Shown: positions 1 through 9,445 of the stretch, in pieces
Numbering within the stretch: position 1 is the first letter of the stretch
Layout: every line of letters begins with the position of its first letter
Assembly (NCBI GenBank): GCA_046290225.1
Contig: JBKAGE010000034.1
Span: 343,598-407,597 of the forward strand
Direction of reading: 5' to 3'
Length of the DNA stretch: 64,000 nucleotides
Source: Bradymonadia bacterium
GTDB taxonomy: Bacteria > Myxococcota_A > Bradymonadia > UBA7976 > UBA1532
The notes under the pieces: generated by a model
Database searches by the model: none
What the model was told of the DNA's origin: nothing
The model's input: the letters and a program-made list of their open reading frames with translations, nothing else
Made by a program: the position numbers and the translations under genes

Positions 1-12
1 CAGGTTCAGCAG

Positions 13-906
13 TTGCTGGCCCCCCTCGCCCACGATCACGGTGCGCGCTGGACCCCGGAGCGCAGCGCCCGGGTGTGGTCCAACATCGAAGAGCAGCGCC
101 AGAGCCGAAGCGCCTGGCGCCTGCCCGCCTTCGCGCTGCCCCTCGCCGCTGCTGCAGCCTGTGCCCTGGCGCTCTTCGTCTGGCGAGGCAGTGATCGCCC
201 CGTGGCGCCTGAGCCCACCATCGCCCAGGCGGGTGATGTCTTGTCCGGGCCGAGCACCCTGCCCTCCGGAGCACAGCTGGCCATCAGCGGTCAGGTGCAG
301 GTGGCCCGGGCCACCACAGGGGACACCACCCTGGTGCTCGAATCCGGCGAGGTCACCAACACCGTGCCGCCGGTCCCCGAAGGTGGCAGCTATGTGGTGA
401 AGACACCTGCGGCCACGGTGCACGTCGTGGGCACGGTGTTCACCGTGCGTCGCATGGACGACGGCGGCACAGCCGTCGAGGTCACTGAAGGCCGAGTGCG
501 GGTGCAGCCCACAGATGGCAGCCCCGCGGTGATGGTGAGCGCCGGCGAGCGCCACGAGGTCACCCCTGCAAGTGTTCGACTCAAGGAATCAGCCTCGGCA
601 ACGACGCCTGACTCAGCCCCCTCGAACGATGCGATGGAGGCCTCTGTCGCTGCCCAGAACGCCGCACTGGCCAGGGGGCGTACGCTCTCCAGGAACGCCC
701 CGGAGCAGGCTGTGCAACATTGGGGTGAATTCATCGCCCGATGGCCCGAGGGGGTGCACCTCGAAGAGGCCATGATGCGATACGCCTTTGCTCAGGCCGC
801 CGTGGGCAATCGACTCGCCGCCGCAGCCGCCGCCCAGCAGTGCCTCGACCGGTTCCCCGAGAGCCCCTATCAGGCCCGCTTGAAGGGTTTGCTGAGCCGC
901 CCCTGA
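13..906 (+). CDS. FecR-like anti-sigma factor / sensor protein (single TM helix, FecR domain, C-terminal TPR-like region); probably 5'-truncated by the window edge
   Basis: TM segment LPAFALPLAAAAACALALFVW; FecR-type beta region (TTLVLESGEVTNTV...VKTPAATVHVVGTVFTV); reading frame is open back to nt 1. Confidence 0.55.
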   Translation: MLAPLAHDHGARWTPERSARVWSNIEEQRQSRSAWRLPAFALPLAAAAACALALFVWRGSDRPVAPEPTIAQAGDVLSGPSTLPSGAQLAISGQVQVARATTGDTTLVLESGEVTNTVPPVPEGGSYVVKTPAATVHVVGTVFTVRRMDDGGTAVEVTEGRVRVQPTDGSPAVMVSAGERHEVTPASVRLKESASATTPDSAPSNDAMEASVAAQNAALARGRTLSRNAPEQAVQHWGEFIARWPEGVHLEEAMMRYAFAQAAVGNRLAAAAAAQQCLDRFPESPYQARLKGLLSRP

Positions 907-951
907 CGACTCGAAGTTGAACCCCCAGCCGCCCAGGACTATCGTGCGGCC

Positions 952-2553
952 ATGCCTCAGTTCACCGAGTTCCCAGTCCTGCCCCAGGGTGAGTACACCC
1001 AGGCTGTCGATGCCTTCATCCGATTGATTCGCGGGGTCCCCCCTGAGGGCGAGCCCTTCTCCAGCTTTCGAAAGCGGCTGAAGAAAGCCAGCATGTGGAG
1101 CCGAGACCGCCTGATCGGTCTGCTGAGGTTCCTGCAGATCCCGCACGCGGATCCCATCATGCCCTCCGAGTTCATGACCGCCGTCACCGAGGCGGACGGT
1201 CTCGAAGGGGCCCGTGATGTGATCACCGCGCGTCTCTGGGCCATCAACCCCCTGCTGTTCAAAGCGGTGCTCGAGCGGCTCGAGGAGCGGGTGCACTCCC
1301 CGAACGAGCTGTTCAAGTACGTCGACTCCTTCGCGTACCCTGGGGCCCGGTTGAGCCATCCCGAGATGCAGAACTGGATCAAGCTCGCTCAGGGCCTGGG
1401 TGTGCTCAAGCCCGTGGGCATTCGCGTCGCCGCCGACGTTCGGGGTGAGCAGTACCTGCCCGAAGCGCTGGACCTCGACATCGAGGACTTCCTCGAAGAA
1501 GACCAGGAGGAGATCTGGCCTCCACCTGGGAGTGACACGGGCTCTGCAGGCGCAACGAGCGCTGAAGCCGCGACGGACGAGACTGCGGCAGCCTCCGCAG
1601 CGGTTGCGACAGTTGCCCCCGCACCCACGCCGTCTGTGGTGACGACCTCAGCATCAGCGCCCGCTGCACCACAGGCAGTCCGGTCATCTGCCCATGGGGC
1701 GCCCTCTGTGGTGCCCACCGCCCTCGCGCTCCCCAGCAGCTTGTCGGATCCACATCAAGGCTCGGGCACCAAAGTTCGGCTCGACCAGATTCGGGCCAGC
1801 GAAGGCCTCAGCGCCTCTCTGCAAAGCACCCTCGCGGAGCGGATCGAAGGGTGGTGGTCCGACCAGACAGCCGTGGAAGATCCCTACCCGCTCAACGACT
1901 TCCACTTCGACGCCGAAGCCTGGATGGAAGATCCTCAGCGGGCACTCTTCCGCCTCGCAGTCGGTGCCGCCTTCGCCTTCCGGCTCGGCCGCAGTCCCGA
2001 TCAGGCACGCCAGGCCTTCGAACACCTCGACGCTGTGGGCGTACTCGACGACTTGTTCCTCGGGACCGTGCCCGATCATCCCCCCGTCGACCTCGACCCT
2101 CAGGGGCTGATGCTGGCCTCTCTGGTGGCTCGACGCCTCGCGGAGAGCCCGGATCTGGCGACAGACCTGGAGCGGCAGAAGGATGCTGAGTCTGTTCTTC
2201 AGGCTCTGGAGAAGTCTCTGGGCCGGGGGCTGTTCTCCATCGAACTCTTCTGGATGCTGAGGCGGCTCGACCAGCTCGGCGTCGTCAGGGTGCCAGGCGC
2301 TGTCGACGTACGGGCGCTGCCCACGCGCTCGCTTCGAGAAGCGCTCTTCCGATTTGGCGTGCTCGACTCCCCCTACGCCAGCAACCTCGCCGATCTCGTG
2401 AAGGCATCTCAGGCAGCTCGGGCGCTCGTGGCGGCCCCGGGTTTGCCTGATCAAGTGATCTTGTCCTTCGCTCAGGCTGCCCAATGCGCCTTCGGCTGCC
2501 CTCAGCGCAAGCGGTGTGGGCTCCCCTGCAGAGAGCGGGTGGATCTGGGGTGA
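952..2553 (+). CDS. hypothetical protein (acidic, Ala/Pro/Ser-rich central linker)
   Basis: long ORF with codon usage typical of the window; no recognisable catalytic motif; its stop is overlapped (GTGA) by the next gene. Confidence 0.5.
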   Translation: MPQFTEFPVLPQGEYTQAVDAFIRLIRGVPPEGEPFSSFRKRLKKASMWSRDRLIGLLRFLQIPHADPIMPSEFMTAVTEADGLEGARDVITARLWAINPLLFKAVLERLEERVHSPNELFKYVDSFAYPGARLSHPEMQNWIKLAQGLGVLKPVGIRVAADVRGEQYLPEALDLDIEDFLEEDQEEIWPPPGSDTGSAGATSAEAATDETAAASAAVATVAPAPTPSVVTTSASAPAAPQAVRSSAHGAPSVVPTALALPSSLSDPHQGSGTKVRLDQIRASEGLSASLQSTLAERIEGWWSDQTAVEDPYPLNDFHFDAEAWMEDPQRALFRLAVGAAFAFRLGRSPDQARQAFEHLDAVGVLDDLFLGTVPDHPPVDLDPQGLMLASLVARRLAESPDLATDLERQKDAESVLQALEKSLGRGLFSIELFWMLRRLDQLGVVRVPGAVDVRALPTRSLREALFRFGVLDSPYASNLADLVKASQAARALVAAPGLPDQVILSFAQAAQCAFGCPQRKRCGLPCRERVDLG

Positions 2554-4103
2554 AGAAGAAGACGCTCACGGGACGCATCAGCGGCTTCTTCCGCCGCGCA
2601 CCACAAGGTGAGGAGGAGCCGCCCTCCGAGCCCGCACCGAACGATGAGCCTCTGCCTCCGGCCACGGAGGGCGTCAACCTGCTCCTCATCAGTGATCTGC
2701 ACCTCGGGGAGGCGTGCAAGGATCACAGCCGAATCGAATATCTGAAGCGCAGCGCCACCCTCGACGAGGACCTCTGTCGGTTCCTCGAGCACCACACCCA
2801 CAATCGTCTCGACGGGCGGCCGTGGCGTCTGGTCCTCGCAGGTGATCTGCTCGACTTCCTGCAGGTGACCATCGTGCCCACCGGCGCCTCTGATGAGGCC
2901 AGACGATTTGGTCTGGGCACGACGGAGGAAGAGTCCGCCTGGAAGCTCTCCAGGCTGATGGAGCGTCACCGCCGTGCCTTTGTCTATCTCGCTGGCTTCG
3001 TCGGCGCCGGGCACCAGCTCGACATCATCCAGGGCAACCATGACGAAGAGCTGTTCTGGCCCAAAGTGCAGGAGACCCTCGTGGCGGGGCTCAAGCAGAT
3101 CTACTTCGGCGGCGAGGACACCGCGGAGGTCACCCCCGAGGATTTCGAATCTCGAGTGCGGTTTCATCCGTGGTGCTTGCACATTCCCGGCGTGCTCTAT
3201 GTCGAGCATGGCCATCGATATGATCCGTACTGCGCCACGCCCCCACAGCTCTGCCCCTTGCGTCCCGGTGACGAGCGCGAGCTGACCCAACCGCTCAGCG
3301 GACTGGCCATTCGTTACTTCGCCAACCTGGAGCGGGGGTTCCAGACCCACGACAAGGAGCACTGGGGCCTGAGAGAGTACAGCGCCTACTATCGCTCTCG
3401 GGGCTGGGGCCACCTGATCGACGTATGGCATCGCTATGTGCACTTCCTGAAGCAGGCCCATCAGTACTATCGGGATCATGGCAGCCTCAGCAGCGAAGCG
3501 GCACACGCGCAACATCAGGCCGCCCTCGTAGAGGTGGCCGAGGCAGAGCAGATCACCCTCGCTGATCTTCAGGCCCTCGACACCCTCGGCGCCCCCTCGG
3601 TGACCAGTGACGCCTTCGGGTTGTACGCCGGGGTGGGCATGGCCGAGTGGACCGCCATCTCCGGCGCGCTGTTCGTGGCTCTGCTGATGTTGCTGACCCC
3701 CTGGTCCTGGTGGGTCGAGTTGGGCCTCATCGGCGCAGGCATCTTTGCTGGGGTGCGCTGGGTCCGATACGCACGAGGGCGGTTCCCCCTCGCTGCCCCC
3801 ATCTACCTCAGCGATGCAGCGGAGCAGATCGGCGCCCGGTTGAAAGTCCCGGTCGTAGCCATGGGCCACACCCACAAACCCCTGCGACGACGCCAGGCCT
3901 TCGATCACCGGGCCTTCTACGTGAACACGGGCTCGTTCCTGGCGCCTCATGGACCGCACCACGGCCCCACTGAGCCCTGCACTTGTAGAACCACCTTCGT
4001 GGTGATCCCTCATGCGGGGGCGCATGACCGGCCCTCACCCAAACTGTATCGCTGGTGTGTGGTGAATCAGAAGCCTGCGCCCTTCAAGGTCAAGCGCGGC
4101 TGA
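2550..4103 (+). CDS. calcineurin-like metallophosphoesterase with C-terminal transmembrane segments
   Basis: phosphoesterase motifs LLISDLHLGE, LAGDLLDF, IQGNHDEE, GHTHKP; two hydrophobic helices near aa 390-430; GTG start overlapping the upstream stop. Confidence 0.65.
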   Translation: MKKKTLTGRISGFFRRAPQGEEEPPSEPAPNDEPLPPATEGVNLLLISDLHLGEACKDHSRIEYLKRSATLDEDLCRFLEHHTHNRLDGRPWRLVLAGDLLDFLQVTIVPTGASDEARRFGLGTTEEESAWKLSRLMERHRRAFVYLAGFVGAGHQLDIIQGNHDEELFWPKVQETLVAGLKQIYFGGEDTAEVTPEDFESRVRFHPWCLHIPGVLYVEHGHRYDPYCATPPQLCPLRPGDERELTQPLSGLAIRYFANLERGFQTHDKEHWGLREYSAYYRSRGWGHLIDVWHRYVHFLKQAHQYYRDHGSLSSEAAHAQHQAALVEVAEAEQITLADLQALDTLGAPSVTSDAFGLYAGVGMAEWTAISGALFVALLMLLTPWSWWVELGLIGAGIFAGVRWVRYARGRFPLAAPIYLSDAAEQIGARLKVPVVAMGHTHKPLRRRQAFDHRAFYVNTGSFLAPHGPHHGPTEPCTCRTTFVVIPHAGAHDRPSPKLYRWCVVNQKPAPFKVKRG

Positions 4104-4118
4104 GACTGGCCTGAGCGG

Positions 4119-4697
4119 TCACGCCTCGAAGGCCGCCCTGAGCACCCCGTCGAGTCGGCTCACGGCCTCTCTCGCCGTCTCCTTGCGCCCCATGGTCATG
4201 GGGATGCCGGCCCCAACTCGATGGGTGACGCCGGTGACCAGCGGGCCAGGACCACGACGCAGGCTGCGCCTCACGGGTACGATGGGCACATCGCACTTGA
4301 ACGCCACCTGCACCAGCCCCTCGCCCTCACCGAGTTGAGCCAGCACAGCGTGCCCGGCCATCAGCCGACGACGGATCACATAGTGGGAAGCAGGCAGCAC
4401 CCCGAGGGCGCCGAGGTGCGGGTTGAGCGCCGGCCATCGCAGCCAGCGCTCGTCGAGCACGAGGCGTGGCCAGGGTCGGCCCGCCCGGCGCAGGGCCGAG
4501 GCCATCGCCAGGGCATCGAGGGGGCTCGTCCCTGCAGGCAGGACCCAGAGGGCCCCCGCTGAGGGCCAGCGCTCAGGCCACTCCACACGATGGCGGCTCG
4601 CTCGGAGGGCGCCGGAGAGCAAGGGGCTCAGGCGATCGAGGGCGCTGGGGTCAAAAGCGTCAGGGGCGTCTGGGGGAAACAGTTCGGCAGTCTTCAT
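4119..4697 (-). CDS. hypothetical protein
   Basis: ORF starting at internal Met (MKTAELF...) 20 nt downstream of the kinase gene stop; no motif recognised. Confidence 0.4.
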   Translation of the reverse strand: MKTAELFPPDAPDAFDPSALDRLSPLLSGALRASRHRVEWPERWPSAGALWVLPAGTSPLDALAMASALRRAGRPWPRLVLDERWLRWPALNPHLGALGVLPASHYVIRRRLMAGHAVLAQLGEGEGLVQVAFKCDVPIVPVRRSLRRGPGPLVTGVTHRVGAGIPMTMGRKETAREAVSRLDGVLRAAFEA

Positions 4698-4716
4698 GGC
4701 CCGGGTGGGATGCAGT

Positions 4717-5898
4717 TCAGTTGTGTCCGGTCGCAGCGTCGGGATCGAGAAAACGACCCGTGGCCTCATTGGACTCGTGCACGCCGGTGTCTTCATCGTG
4801 CACGTGGGTCTCGTTCGTGTGGGCTGCTCTTTCGAGCGACGCGAGCGTCTCGAGACCTGGCAGAGGGCCGGTCATGTCCACGAGGCGGGTGTAATTCACC
4901 CTCAGGCCTGTGGGCGTGTCGTCATCTGAGGGGCCCACGAGATCGAACTCTTGATAGCGCTCGTCGTGCTCCATGCGCTCACGGGCGAAAATACGGCTGA
5001 GCGTACGCCCCAGGTCGAGGGGCTTGAAGCGCGGGAACCGATCCCGCCGGTAGACCTCGAGCTCGTCTGCGAAAGCCTCGGCAGTGGCGTATCGTGCCTC
5101 TGCATCCTTCGCCAGAGCCCTGGCGAGGATGCGCTCGAGGGTGGCATCGAGGCCAGGGAGATCGGCGACGCCGGGGTGAGGCTGATGGCGAATCGCCTCC
5201 ATGACCTCGACGTCTTCAGATCCCTTGAAGGGGGTCTCGCCCGTGAGGGTTTCGAAGAGCACGGCCCCTGCTGCGAAGACATCGGAGCGCCGGTCGAGCC
5301 GTCGCCCCATGGTCTGCTCCGGGCTCATGTAGCGCACCTTGCCCTTGATGACCCCCACCCGGGTCTTCACCCGGTTGAGGCGCCCCTTGGCGATGCCGAA
5401 GTCGATGAGCTTCACCTCGCCGCGGTAGCTGACCATGATGTTCGACGGGCTGAAGTCGCGGTGCACGATGTCGAGGGGCTCACCGGTGAGGTCGACCTGC
5501 TCGTGGGCACAATGCAAGCCCCTCAGCGCCTGTTCCACCGCCCACAAGCCGTACTCCACGGGCCAGGGCATCTCCCGAGCCCGGCAGCGACGCAGCGCAG
5601 ATCGTAGATCTACCCCTTCGACGTACTCCATCACCAGGAAGTACTCGTCTTCGAGGTGGCTGAACTCGTACGTGCGGGTGATGTTGGGGTGATCGAAGAG
5701 GCACGTGATCTTGGCCTCGTCAATGAGCATGTCGATGAACTCTTGATCGGCGGTGTAGAACGACAGCAACCGCTTGATGGCCACAGCCTCGAGCTCACCG
5801 TCGGCGTCGCGCCGGGCGGCACGATAGATCTCCGCCATTCCCCCAGAGGAGATCCGGTAGAGCAAACGATAGGGTCCAAGTGATCGAGCGCGGCGCAC
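4717..5898 (-). CDS. serine/threonine protein kinase
   Basis: Hanks kinase motifs: GxGxxAxIY glycine loop (SSGGMAEIYRA), AIKRL, HRDFSPSNIMV, DFGIAKG, SPE. Confidence 0.85.
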   Translation of the reverse strand: MRRARSLGPYRLLYRISSGGMAEIYRAARRDADGELEAVAIKRLLSFYTADQEFIDMLIDEAKITCLFDHPNITRTYEFSHLEDEYFLVMEYVEGVDLRSALRRCRAREMPWPVEYGLWAVEQALRGLHCAHEQVDLTGEPLDIVHRDFSPSNIMVSYRGEVKLIDFGIAKGRLNRVKTRVGVIKGKVRYMSPEQTMGRRLDRRSDVFAAGAVLFETLTGETPFKGSEDVEVMEAIRHQPHPGVADLPGLDATLERILARALAKDAEARYATAEAFADELEVYRRDRFPRFKPLDLGRTLSRIFARERMEHDERYQEFDLVGPSDDDTPTGLRVNYTRLVDMTGPLPGLETLASLERAAHTNETHVHDEDTGVHESNEATGRFLDPDAATGHN

Positions 5899-6065
5899 GA
5901 GGGAAGGCTAGCTTGCCCGGCCCGCAGTTGCAATCCACCATACCCGGTGATAAGAGCTGCTCAGGGCAGCGCCTGGGCTGATGGTGCCGCGCATAAAGCC
6001 GCTCTCAGGGGTGTTTGACGAGATCGAGCCCCCACCATCACCGCGCTGACGAAGAGGAGATCACC

Positions 6066-6629
6066 ATGACTCGCCCCCTGCTTTTCCGCACCTCGACCCT
6101 CACAGGTGCCCTCACCCAGGCCGCTCTCCTGGGGACGCTCACCCTCACCGCCTTCGGGTGCCAGGAGTCCGCCAAGGCCAAAGGTCCGGACCAGACGCCG
6201 CCCAAGGCGGCAGATGCTCCGGCGTCCCCTGATGCGGTGAAGGCTGAAGCGAAGCCCGCTGAGGCACCTGCAGCCGAGCAGGCTGAGGCCCCCATCTACG
6301 CGGTGAAGATCCGTCCTGGCGACGCCAAGGCCGGTCAGGCAGGGACTTCGGTCATCGAGGTGACCCCGGCGAAGGGCTACAAGGTCAACCTCGAGTTCCC
6401 CAGCCGTCTGAAGCTCTCGCCCGTGCAGGGTATCGCCCACACCAAGGCCGAGCTGGGCAAGGACGACGCCGAGGTCACCGAGAAGGTGTTGCGGTTCAAC
6501 GTCGGCTTCACCCCCTCTGCTGCAGGGAAGTACGCCCTTGAAGGTGTGGCCGACTTCAGCGTCTGCAATGATCGCACGTGCCGCCTGATCCGCGGCGAAA
6601 AGCTCACCTGGGAGGTGGCGGTACAGTAA
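6066..6629 (+). CDS. lipoprotein, function unknown
   Basis: GAGGAG RBS 8-13 nt upstream of the ATG; signal peptide with lipobox (LTLTAFGC); Ala/Pro/Glu-rich linker; precedes prkA on the same strand. Confidence 0.6.
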   Translation: MTRPLLFRTSTLTGALTQAALLGTLTLTAFGCQESAKAKGPDQTPPKAADAPASPDAVKAEAKPAEAPAAEQAEAPIYAVKIRPGDAKAGQAGTSVIEVTPAKGYKVNLEFPSRLKLSPVQGIAHTKAELGKDDAEVTEKVLRFNVGFTPSAAGKYALEGVADFSVCNDRTCRLIRGEKLTWEVAVQ

Positions 6630-6665
6630 GCTGCCGTCACACAGCACAACCCTCGAGGACCATCG

Positions 6666-8948
6666 GTGACCAAGACACACGACGACGCACCCGATCAGGG
6701 TGGCGCCTCCACAGGCGCCCTCGACAGCACCAGCTTGCTCGCCCAGGCGGTGGAGCACACTCGGGCGCGGTTCGAGCAGGAGAAGTCCCTGCTCAGCTTC
6801 GATGACTACCTCGCCATGGTGGCCCGCGATCCCGTGCCCCAGACCCGGGACACGGCCCGGTACATCCGGGACTGCTTCCTCTTCTACGGCACTGACGAGA
6901 TCTCGAGGCCGTACGGGCAATTCACGCGTTATCGTCTGTTCGACTGCCCCTTCGACAACGGCCGCGATCCGCTCATCGGCCAGGAAGGCGTGCAGCAGCA
7001 GGTCTTCGGCCTGCTGAGCGACTTCGTCAACGATGGCCGCGCCCAGAAGCTCATCCTGCTCCACGGCCCCAACGGCAGCGCCAAGAGCAGCTTCGTGCGG
7101 TGCCTCATGCGGGCCCTCGAGCACTACAGTCAGCAGCCCGAGGGCGCCCTCTACACCTTCAACTGGGTCTTCCCTACCAACAAGGTGTCCAAGGGTGGCA
7201 TCGGCTTCTCCGGCGGCAGCGCAGGCCCCGATCTGGCCACCTACGCCAACCTCGGCGAGTTGGAGATCGACGCCCGGCTCACCAACGAGCTGCGAGATCA
7301 CCCGCTGCTGCTGCTGCCCAAGGCAGAGCGTCGCGTGCTGCTCGACGCCCTCTACGCCAACACCGGCGCTCGCCCACCGCTCAGCCTTTACGATGGTGAG
7401 CTCAGCCCCAAGGCCCGGACCATCTTCCAGGCCCTGCTCAAGGCCTACCACGGCGACCTCTCCGAGGTCCTCAAGCACGTTCAGGTGGAGCGTTTCTACG
7501 TCTCCCGGCGCTACCGCACCGGCGCGGTGACCGTGAATCCCCAGCTCCGCGTCGACGCCTCCATGCGTCAGCTCACGGCGGATCGCAACCTCGCCTCGTT
7601 GCCCCCGAGCCTGCAGAACCTCAGCCTGTTCGAGGCCATGGGCGACCTGGTGGACGCCAACCGCGGCATGATCGAGTTCAATGATCTGCTCAAGCGGTCT
7701 CCAGAGGCCTTCAAGTACCTGTTGTCCACCTGTGAAGACGGCCGGGTCAGCCTCGACCTGATGACCTTCCAGATGGACGCGGTCTTCATCGGCAGCACCA
7801 ACGAGAAGTACCTCAACGCCTTCAAGGAGACGCCGGACTTCTCGAGCTTCAAGGCCCGCATCGAGCTGATCCAGGTGCCCTACCTTCGAGACTACACGCT
7901 CGAGGCCCGCATCTACGCCGATCAGGTGGACCCGGAGCGCATTGATCGGCCGGTGGCACCCCACACAGATCAGGTCATGGCCTTGTGGGCGGTGCTCACG
8001 CGGTTGCAGCCCCCTGCAGGGGTCGATCTGCCCAAGAACGTTCAAGACGTGGTGCAGAAGCTCACGCCGCTCCAGAAGGCCCGCCTGTACGCCTCGGGCT
8101 TCATGCCCAGCGGCCTGCCCCGCGACGTGTCCAACGCTCTGCGGAGCGGCACCCCGAGCCTGTACCGGGAGACCCTGAACCACCCCTTCTACGAAGGCCG
8201 GTTCGGCGCCAGCCCCCGGGAGCTGCGTGCGGCCCTGCTCAGCGCCAGCAGGCGCTCGGGCTATCGCTCGCTCACCCCCATGGCGGTCTTCGAAGAGCTC
8301 GAGGCGCTGTGCACCCAGACCTCGGTGTACGAGTTCCTGCGGCTCGAGTCGGAGCGCGAATACCGCGCCCCTAAGGAGGCCATCGCCACCGTGCGTCAGT
8401 GGTACCTGAGTACCGTGGAAGACGAGCTGCACGGGGCCATGGGCCTCGTGGACTCGGTGCGCACCCTGGAGCTGTTTGCCCAGTACATCGATCACGTGAC
8501 CCACTACCTGCGCAAAGAGAAGCGCCTCGATCCCGTCACTGGCAACTACCAGGATCCGGACGAGAAGCTGATGTCGGACGTAGAGAGTCGGATCGGAGTG
8601 AAAGGCAACGCCGACGATGCCCGTGCCGGGGTACTCCACCGCATCGCTGCGTGGCGGATGGACAACCCCGACGCCCCCCTCGACTACCAGATCATCTTCA
8701 GCAACGAGATCGGCAAGATCACCGACGCCTTCTACGCCGAGAAGCGCGAGGTGGCCGATCGCATCAAACGCAACCTGCTGAAGTATCTCGTGGAAGAGAG
8801 CCATGGGCTCAACGCAGACGAGGTGGCTCAGGTCGAGCACACCTTGAAGTCTCTGGAAGAAGATTACGGATACGCCCGCCCGTGCGCCATCGACGTGGTG
8901 GGTTTTGTGCTCAAGCACGGCCTCGTGAACCAGACGCGGGATCAGTGA
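6666..8948 (+). CDS. prkA: PrkA family serine protein kinase (AAA-type P-loop N-domain)
   Basis: Walker A LILLHGPNGSAKSS; overall length and architecture of PrkA/YeaG; GTG start. Confidence 0.8.
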   Translation: MTKTHDDAPDQGGASTGALDSTSLLAQAVEHTRARFEQEKSLLSFDDYLAMVARDPVPQTRDTARYIRDCFLFYGTDEISRPYGQFTRYRLFDCPFDNGRDPLIGQEGVQQQVFGLLSDFVNDGRAQKLILLHGPNGSAKSSFVRCLMRALEHYSQQPEGALYTFNWVFPTNKVSKGGIGFSGGSAGPDLATYANLGELEIDARLTNELRDHPLLLLPKAERRVLLDALYANTGARPPLSLYDGELSPKARTIFQALLKAYHGDLSEVLKHVQVERFYVSRRYRTGAVTVNPQLRVDASMRQLTADRNLASLPPSLQNLSLFEAMGDLVDANRGMIEFNDLLKRSPEAFKYLLSTCEDGRVSLDLMTFQMDAVFIGSTNEKYLNAFKETPDFSSFKARIELIQVPYLRDYTLEARIYADQVDPERIDRPVAPHTDQVMALWAVLTRLQPPAGVDLPKNVQDVVQKLTPLQKARLYASGFMPSGLPRDVSNALRSGTPSLYRETLNHPFYEGRFGASPRELRAALLSASRRSGYRSLTPMAVFEELEALCTQTSVYEFLRLESEREYRAPKEAIATVRQWYLSTVEDELHGAMGLVDSVRTLELFAQYIDHVTHYLRKEKRLDPVTGNYQDPDEKLMSDVESRIGVKGNADDARAGVLHRIAAWRMDNPDAPLDYQIIFSNEIGKITDAFYAEKREVADRIKRNLLKYLVEESHGLNADEVAQVEHTLKSLEEDYGYARPCAIDVVGFVLKHGLVNQTRDQ

Positions 8949-9009
8949 CGATCCCCCATCGACCCGTACACCGATGCGGAACGCACGACGCTGTGCCAAA
9001 GGAGAAGAC

Positions 9010-9444
9010 ATGAGGACGCTCTTCACGCGGATGACCCGCGGCCTGTCCCTGGCCGTGCTGGGCGTTGCCCTGAGCGCCGGTGTTGCCCTCGGCAACGCCA
9101 AGGTGCAGGAGCAGCTCACCCAGTACACGGTGAAGGCTCAAGAGTTCGACGCCCAGGACAAGGACAACCTCGTCGTCAAGGAGCGGGGCACCCTGCGGGC
9201 CTGGCTCAACGAGGCTCAGGGCCACCTGGCCAAGGACGACATCGACGAGTGCAAGCTGGCCCTCGATCGGGTCAAGGAGCAGACCAAGCTCATCGGCGCG
9301 CTGCTCACTCAGGCCGAGCGCCTGAACACCGCCCGGGTGACCCACGACAAGGCCGCCAACCTGGAGCAGTCGCTCCTGAAGACCAAGAACGAGGCTCTGC
9401 GCCTCGAGGCCCGCAAGGCCGAGCTCGAGCAGCAGGGGTTCTGA
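9010..9444 (+). CDS. secreted coiled-coil protein, function unknown
   Basis: AAAGGAGAAG RBS before the ATG; signal peptide MRTLFTRMTRGLSLAVLGVALSAGVALG; heptad-rich C-terminus. Confidence 0.6.
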   Translation: MRTLFTRMTRGLSLAVLGVALSAGVALGNAKVQEQLTQYTVKAQEFDAQDKDNLVVKERGTLRAWLNEAQGHLAKDDIDECKLALDRVKEQTKLIGALLTQAERLNTARVTHDKAANLEQSLLKTKNEALRLEARKAELEQQGF

Positions 9445-9445
9445 G

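Noticed and set aside
5961-9128. 1055-aa ORF on the minus strand
   Set aside because: Antisense to the lipoprotein and PrkA genes, which have clear motifs and an RBS; its translation is low-complexity (Gly/Ala/Arg/Leu-rich), typical of high-GC antisense frames.
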